Shown piece after piece: positions 63,301 to 64,000 of a stretch of DNA of 64,000 nucleotides. The position numbers and the translations under genes were made by a program. Numbering within the stretch: the stretch's first letter is position 1; the number at the start of each line of letters is the position of its first letter. The notes beneath the pieces were generated by a model. The model had not been told where the DNA came from, did no database searches, and worked only from the letters and a program-made list of their open reading frames with translations. This DNA is from Folioceros fuciformis (lineage: Eukaryota): positions 1-64,000 of the forward strand of contig JBNGIO010005379.1 of assembly GCA_049999805.1 (NCBI GenBank), given 5' to 3'.

Positions 63301-64000
63301 CGGATGTTGAAGGTATAGAGGTTCTTCTTCGTCCTTGATGTCCCTGTGTAGGTGAATGATCTGTGATGTATTGACGTGGTTCATCTTGTGTTTCCTCAAC
63401 TAATACGTCCTCAAGCTCCATTTCCTTCATGTTCTTTGGTTTTGGCACGACAATGAGGTATGTTTTTTTTTTGTCGGCATCGTTGAATAGTTGACCTTGT
63501 GAAGATCCGGACCAGGGTGGATCAGTAATTATTTCGTGTACCTTACTCTTCGTTTTTGACGGTGTGGGGTGTGTAACTCGTGATTCTTTGTCTCCTATTG
63601 TTTGACGATGTTTTTCGTCCCGTGGCATCCCGCTCTCCTCTTTCTTCTGGTGCCGTGTATCTTGGGGTGAGATGATGCTGCTCCCAGTTGTAGTAATGGT
63701 TGTCGCGAACAATGTCGTGGTTGAGGCGCTATGATGTGATGCTTCCTCCAAATATTGTGCTCCACTAGTTCCTGTGTGATTGTGCACTGCCAAATTCTCT
63801 GTGCCTATCTGGGATGCTCTCGTCAGACTAACATAGCCTTCAGCGGCATGGACGTCTTTCTTGATGACCTCAGCTACTTCACTAGTGCGTGAAGTGTGAG
63901 CTTCCTCCTGAAGCTTGGAGAACATATTTTGGATCATGTTGATCTCGTAGTGGTTGTGCACTGGTGAGCTGGCGGTTCGTGGTGATGTCACTGTGCTTGT
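54350..64000 (-). CDS. Giant (>3200 aa) intrinsically disordered protein with CNPFTRK repeats and a C-terminal coiled coil; 5' end lies beyond the window
   Basis: Stop-free frame from the window edge to TGA at 54350; S/T/E/D/Q/P/G-rich; repeats at ~56620-58640; R/E/A-rich helical C-terminus. Confidence 0.85.
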   Translation of the reverse strand, partial: TSTVTSPRTASSPVHNHYEINMIQNMFSKLQEEAHTSRTSEVAEVIKKDVHAAEGYVSLTRASQIGTENLAVHNHTGTSGAQYLEEASHHSASTTTLFATTITTTGSSIISPQDTRHQKKEESGMPRDEKHRQTIGDKESRVTHPTPSKTKSKVHEIITDPPWSGSSQGQLFNDADKKKTYLIVVPKPKNMKEMELEDVLVEETQDEPRQYITDHSPTQGHQGRRRTSIPSTSGTMLPSLNPDSSSLSSNGTKRSSKSEVDGPEGTSQAGRSVNLRGGQEPSLSVSRNTTAQRETMGGKRSISSTEPTLSRGIIRDGSYGETSPSDGLLSKFPKKERSTLLDSQLLESAYHNASTQDMNHLDREHITSTMNTSNLRSRASSGNHYSSTRLRKTSESCITGQLTCHTATHQGAEPGIASRADAILVEKMESGGHHVAMAFHSGVRIAYSGCKTLEQASHKTTTGEEHEKQHAAIVPRLHEVEQSSTVPRQDAGSSQGSRIMRSSTQMRPALRAKSLETAFSGVNDKEKPILQRASEGERAVSEVSPLHHMLQKPPGRDHVKSDQKKSDNVNMDEIVQISFGAQQAGESKPGTSPVPMPILELDSKEMQPRFSISGLSITEGGLLKVSSSFYKTGRQSITQADSGTPQHSGHTDELNTQEVRGSDHQGTKETTPPGNDAELITTKQKRESDHDHQPSIDIIPQVYGAKEANFGRHGIPDRPSTHQREQSSEIERAQHMDPQTIGADRHSRLSLATDKEKSDSSCHDTISNQVGRNQHGQETLVEYRNEAAIEDDEAHMIARASTSTTAFDSGDPKLPTEVEGADKIIAEAITSTDMVHSVLTSHFVLVAMATPPSYEKEKSTQDTEVLGKPIVPPSEPSTPSPHGNSTKTLSMFASPANDTVTKNIPKKQTGIPASRPVQGSSHLRSDEPTRLHSINLAPEKSEDLEPIGKKEVPAEIGTSLHSAENIGEQGILLNTQEDQTEARVSRIQVSKASHTRIGEGSTSTTHGARDEPKSQNCAMHSAQRRHDEVAKIEREVHGGNLLGEGSPSRAGNIESADLSKDHHQGEQTTCQVLTSDISQEQGDGSPHMSTENTTATEIKSQEFACVEKGQNEVAPSEQGDGCRKASKESNDGIAKRSEDKKGDRSLCQVPGPCPFCFVEKLTKSIQGGTISRTSTDIPTTCNQVPEIEQMLDKPSINEADTNGACPSNTLILENQTVDDGALGTLDSAFAMSVQPPQAQVLYTPELPIQNQLEQQKSNEVTTTKGILDPIIPEDEPPSGSNEGQAKMSECYGTRDPCTDKEKMDNASQITDEGRPTTAVQDTYQNDNLQGFIFMDVEDNSGTMIESIIELNGRGRSSQIAPTTQPTTNTDVKLPQGVLFESHSILLEDHKTSVYPLEDQDVSDSTKMRKSTTIFSEAIVDKKVPPTLLPGDMQTKSDGNPISADPDGIQIHHLSSPLEELTRVDPTGDIIQTTESPAASTSRASSALHSAGLSSNLHAGVQPNETDATEEEPTHDKSVMAASSIQGDKNEEIDKVDKVLGTSPPVFTKGTLSSAACVPILEHQDPRGDSATASRCYPSTRGEDSALTEKGDTGDAAPQDEATTLASTGPLIPDFAIMKATGAAVDASPVNTQAFAVLIGERPHQEVNKQVCCFPFKRRDHRTTIKDICVHDNQTVSDIRTHQSSDSENFETTKEERTILARTAGAPTDSTRESSAYKSNLPASEVSGSDLHNSGWPKNQGVTHSQQANPPLLSQPSTNLQQPSDVDHDSNLQSDQMPMFASSAFATEGGQEGNIQRDPLPNLPSDGGPNQGGVETTILANALDKPAESPETDVIETQKDDRVTRCNPFTRKTPKSMKQTEGGQEEESKPNLLPGTSSTGPPNQGGVETEALSNAFDTPAASPEEDVSGIHKDDERAWCNPFTRKAPMSTQETISSQEGDIPPNPLPSLPSIGRPNQGSAQTAESADVSTTLDTPAESRGAHIIGTHEDDKWVWCNPFTRKAKRSTNEAEGSQERDIQPHPFSGFSSTGRPNLVSTETREPSKALDTEAASPGARVLGTQRDDGKAWCNPFTRKPPGSTKEMKGGEERDAQPDPFHTSPSSTPETQGNIATGVVPNALNIQAASQEVDVSGTQKDNIDRAASCNPFTRRASESTTAGEVGQDSDRGAKPDPLHGLSSIGPINQSRVETTSASKALDTQASSPGAIVPRPQEDDGGVLCNPFTRKRPGSTKEIEGGEERDAQLDPFHTLPSSTPETEANVETIVVSNSLDMQPVSPEVDVSGTQKDNSGRGASCNPFTRKVSKSTKVGDVFQDPAGGTQPDPLHGRSSIGPTNQGSFEKASVSKALDTQAASPGAHMSATQEDDGEAYFNPFTRKAPRGTKQAEDGKEGGAQPDPLPGLSSTGPPTQSGVETAAVSNAPDTPAASVGADVPHTQKDDRRACCNPFKRKALGRTEDTSMHDNHIESNLPDSKHSKATTAQGTLSANIRKGQAHGPLVTSGTQEADPGAGPHEVAPGAGMSAFGTFSSHGDDLRDSSVQGLEEEPKRPRRSLHVPKLSSCCLPISLKGHLEGARAKGAEEDEGQGAPAQKGEQSAPVQNQEQVAPVQNQEQNEEKNAPMQKSSFALQDNEIMIARASVTKTEDVGADGSKETITSRARFVLVALDDLTSKNKSGRSSVIGSQEQEGIGFSKGDFTENSGPPSLADGTQEQGESTSFNEIPQAGNEPELEAFRFKSENDKIIANAQAPMDTRRTTSTEKTPTVQNASTITSSPGPDPTSASSPVEGRIKRKMTAITSHCCPRNCEYISKGLKRMKTRLQSCKAKGQAEIDSTNPAEPKDMARPDSQMDVQPTTLTSPEGQEESALQGPPQEQVYANGSSTPTLAPAPQDQGLLIQSDKPDEQKKDDGAKAQVGDDGRAEESKALQEEELQRSIERIKEATLCRKRQLARQKERQLMDRHDPAEPYLETRLCNDRLRQRQKRRAALAEREAKRQFLQAKIGYVDKTTEWELHACNHAFNSFLDAKSAAERMRRRQIFLESEREVQVCASLSEACDNLNATKRRAALRVLTDNTVAAKEARLRARRQQIRQNHAEILLDVDRRRHRIAWEARHAGLRLADRARHLDTRKEVDKRLFLLDAFEILDAKTEKDNAGLEIWHENYKCGPEMPEGDGPEFNIDYFAETESEEEEEDDGAEPENVTKPSSSQELPVLGDTPVLRPSVA
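56620..58640 (-). repeat. Coding tandem repeat, nine units of 219-228 bp (73-76 aa)
   Basis: NPF codons at about 58460, 58243, 58015, 57796, 57571, 57346, 57121, 56896 and 56677; the reading frame is preserved throughout. Confidence 0.92.

Noticed and set aside
54350-64000. Giant ORF as a retrotransposon or viral polyprotein, or as an EPYC1-like Rubisco linker
   Set aside because: No protease, RT, RNase H or integrase motifs. The repeat core does not resemble the Chlamydomonas W[R/K] Rubisco-binding motif, and the N-terminus is outside the window so targeting cannot be judged.

Overview
Gene-dense plant nuclear DNA with short (~90-100 bp) introns and three N-gaps (7366-7465, 9243-9342, 18798-18807). 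Compact introns plus PLS-class PPR genes ending in the KPA...HAEKLA...DRH (DYW:KP) domain suggest a hornwort (Anthoceros-like) genome; this is inference. Housekeeping genes: SWEET transporter, TIC110, OTU3-like deubiquitinase, At2g23090/ZNF706-like zinc-finger protein, GPATCH11, spermidine synthase, CTF8 and plastid PDH E1-beta. RNA-editing PPRs: three intact DYW:KP genes, one gap-broken KP gene, one inverted relic and one truncated DYW:WW-type gene. Also present: two AT-rich repeat islands and a large orphan coiled-coil gene. Most interesting: (i) an uninterrupted ORF of at least 9.6 kb encoding a disordered protein with nine 73-76 aa repeats, each centred on a near-invariant CNPFTRK motif; (ii) an intronless, microbial-looking gene beside a satellite array (HGT candidate); (iii) CTF8 ending only 9-14 nt before the ATG of a DYW:KP PPR (possible bicistronic unit); (iv) signs of modular shuffling and birth-death among putative U-to-C and C-to-U editing factors. 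All family assignments come from motif recognition, not database searches.
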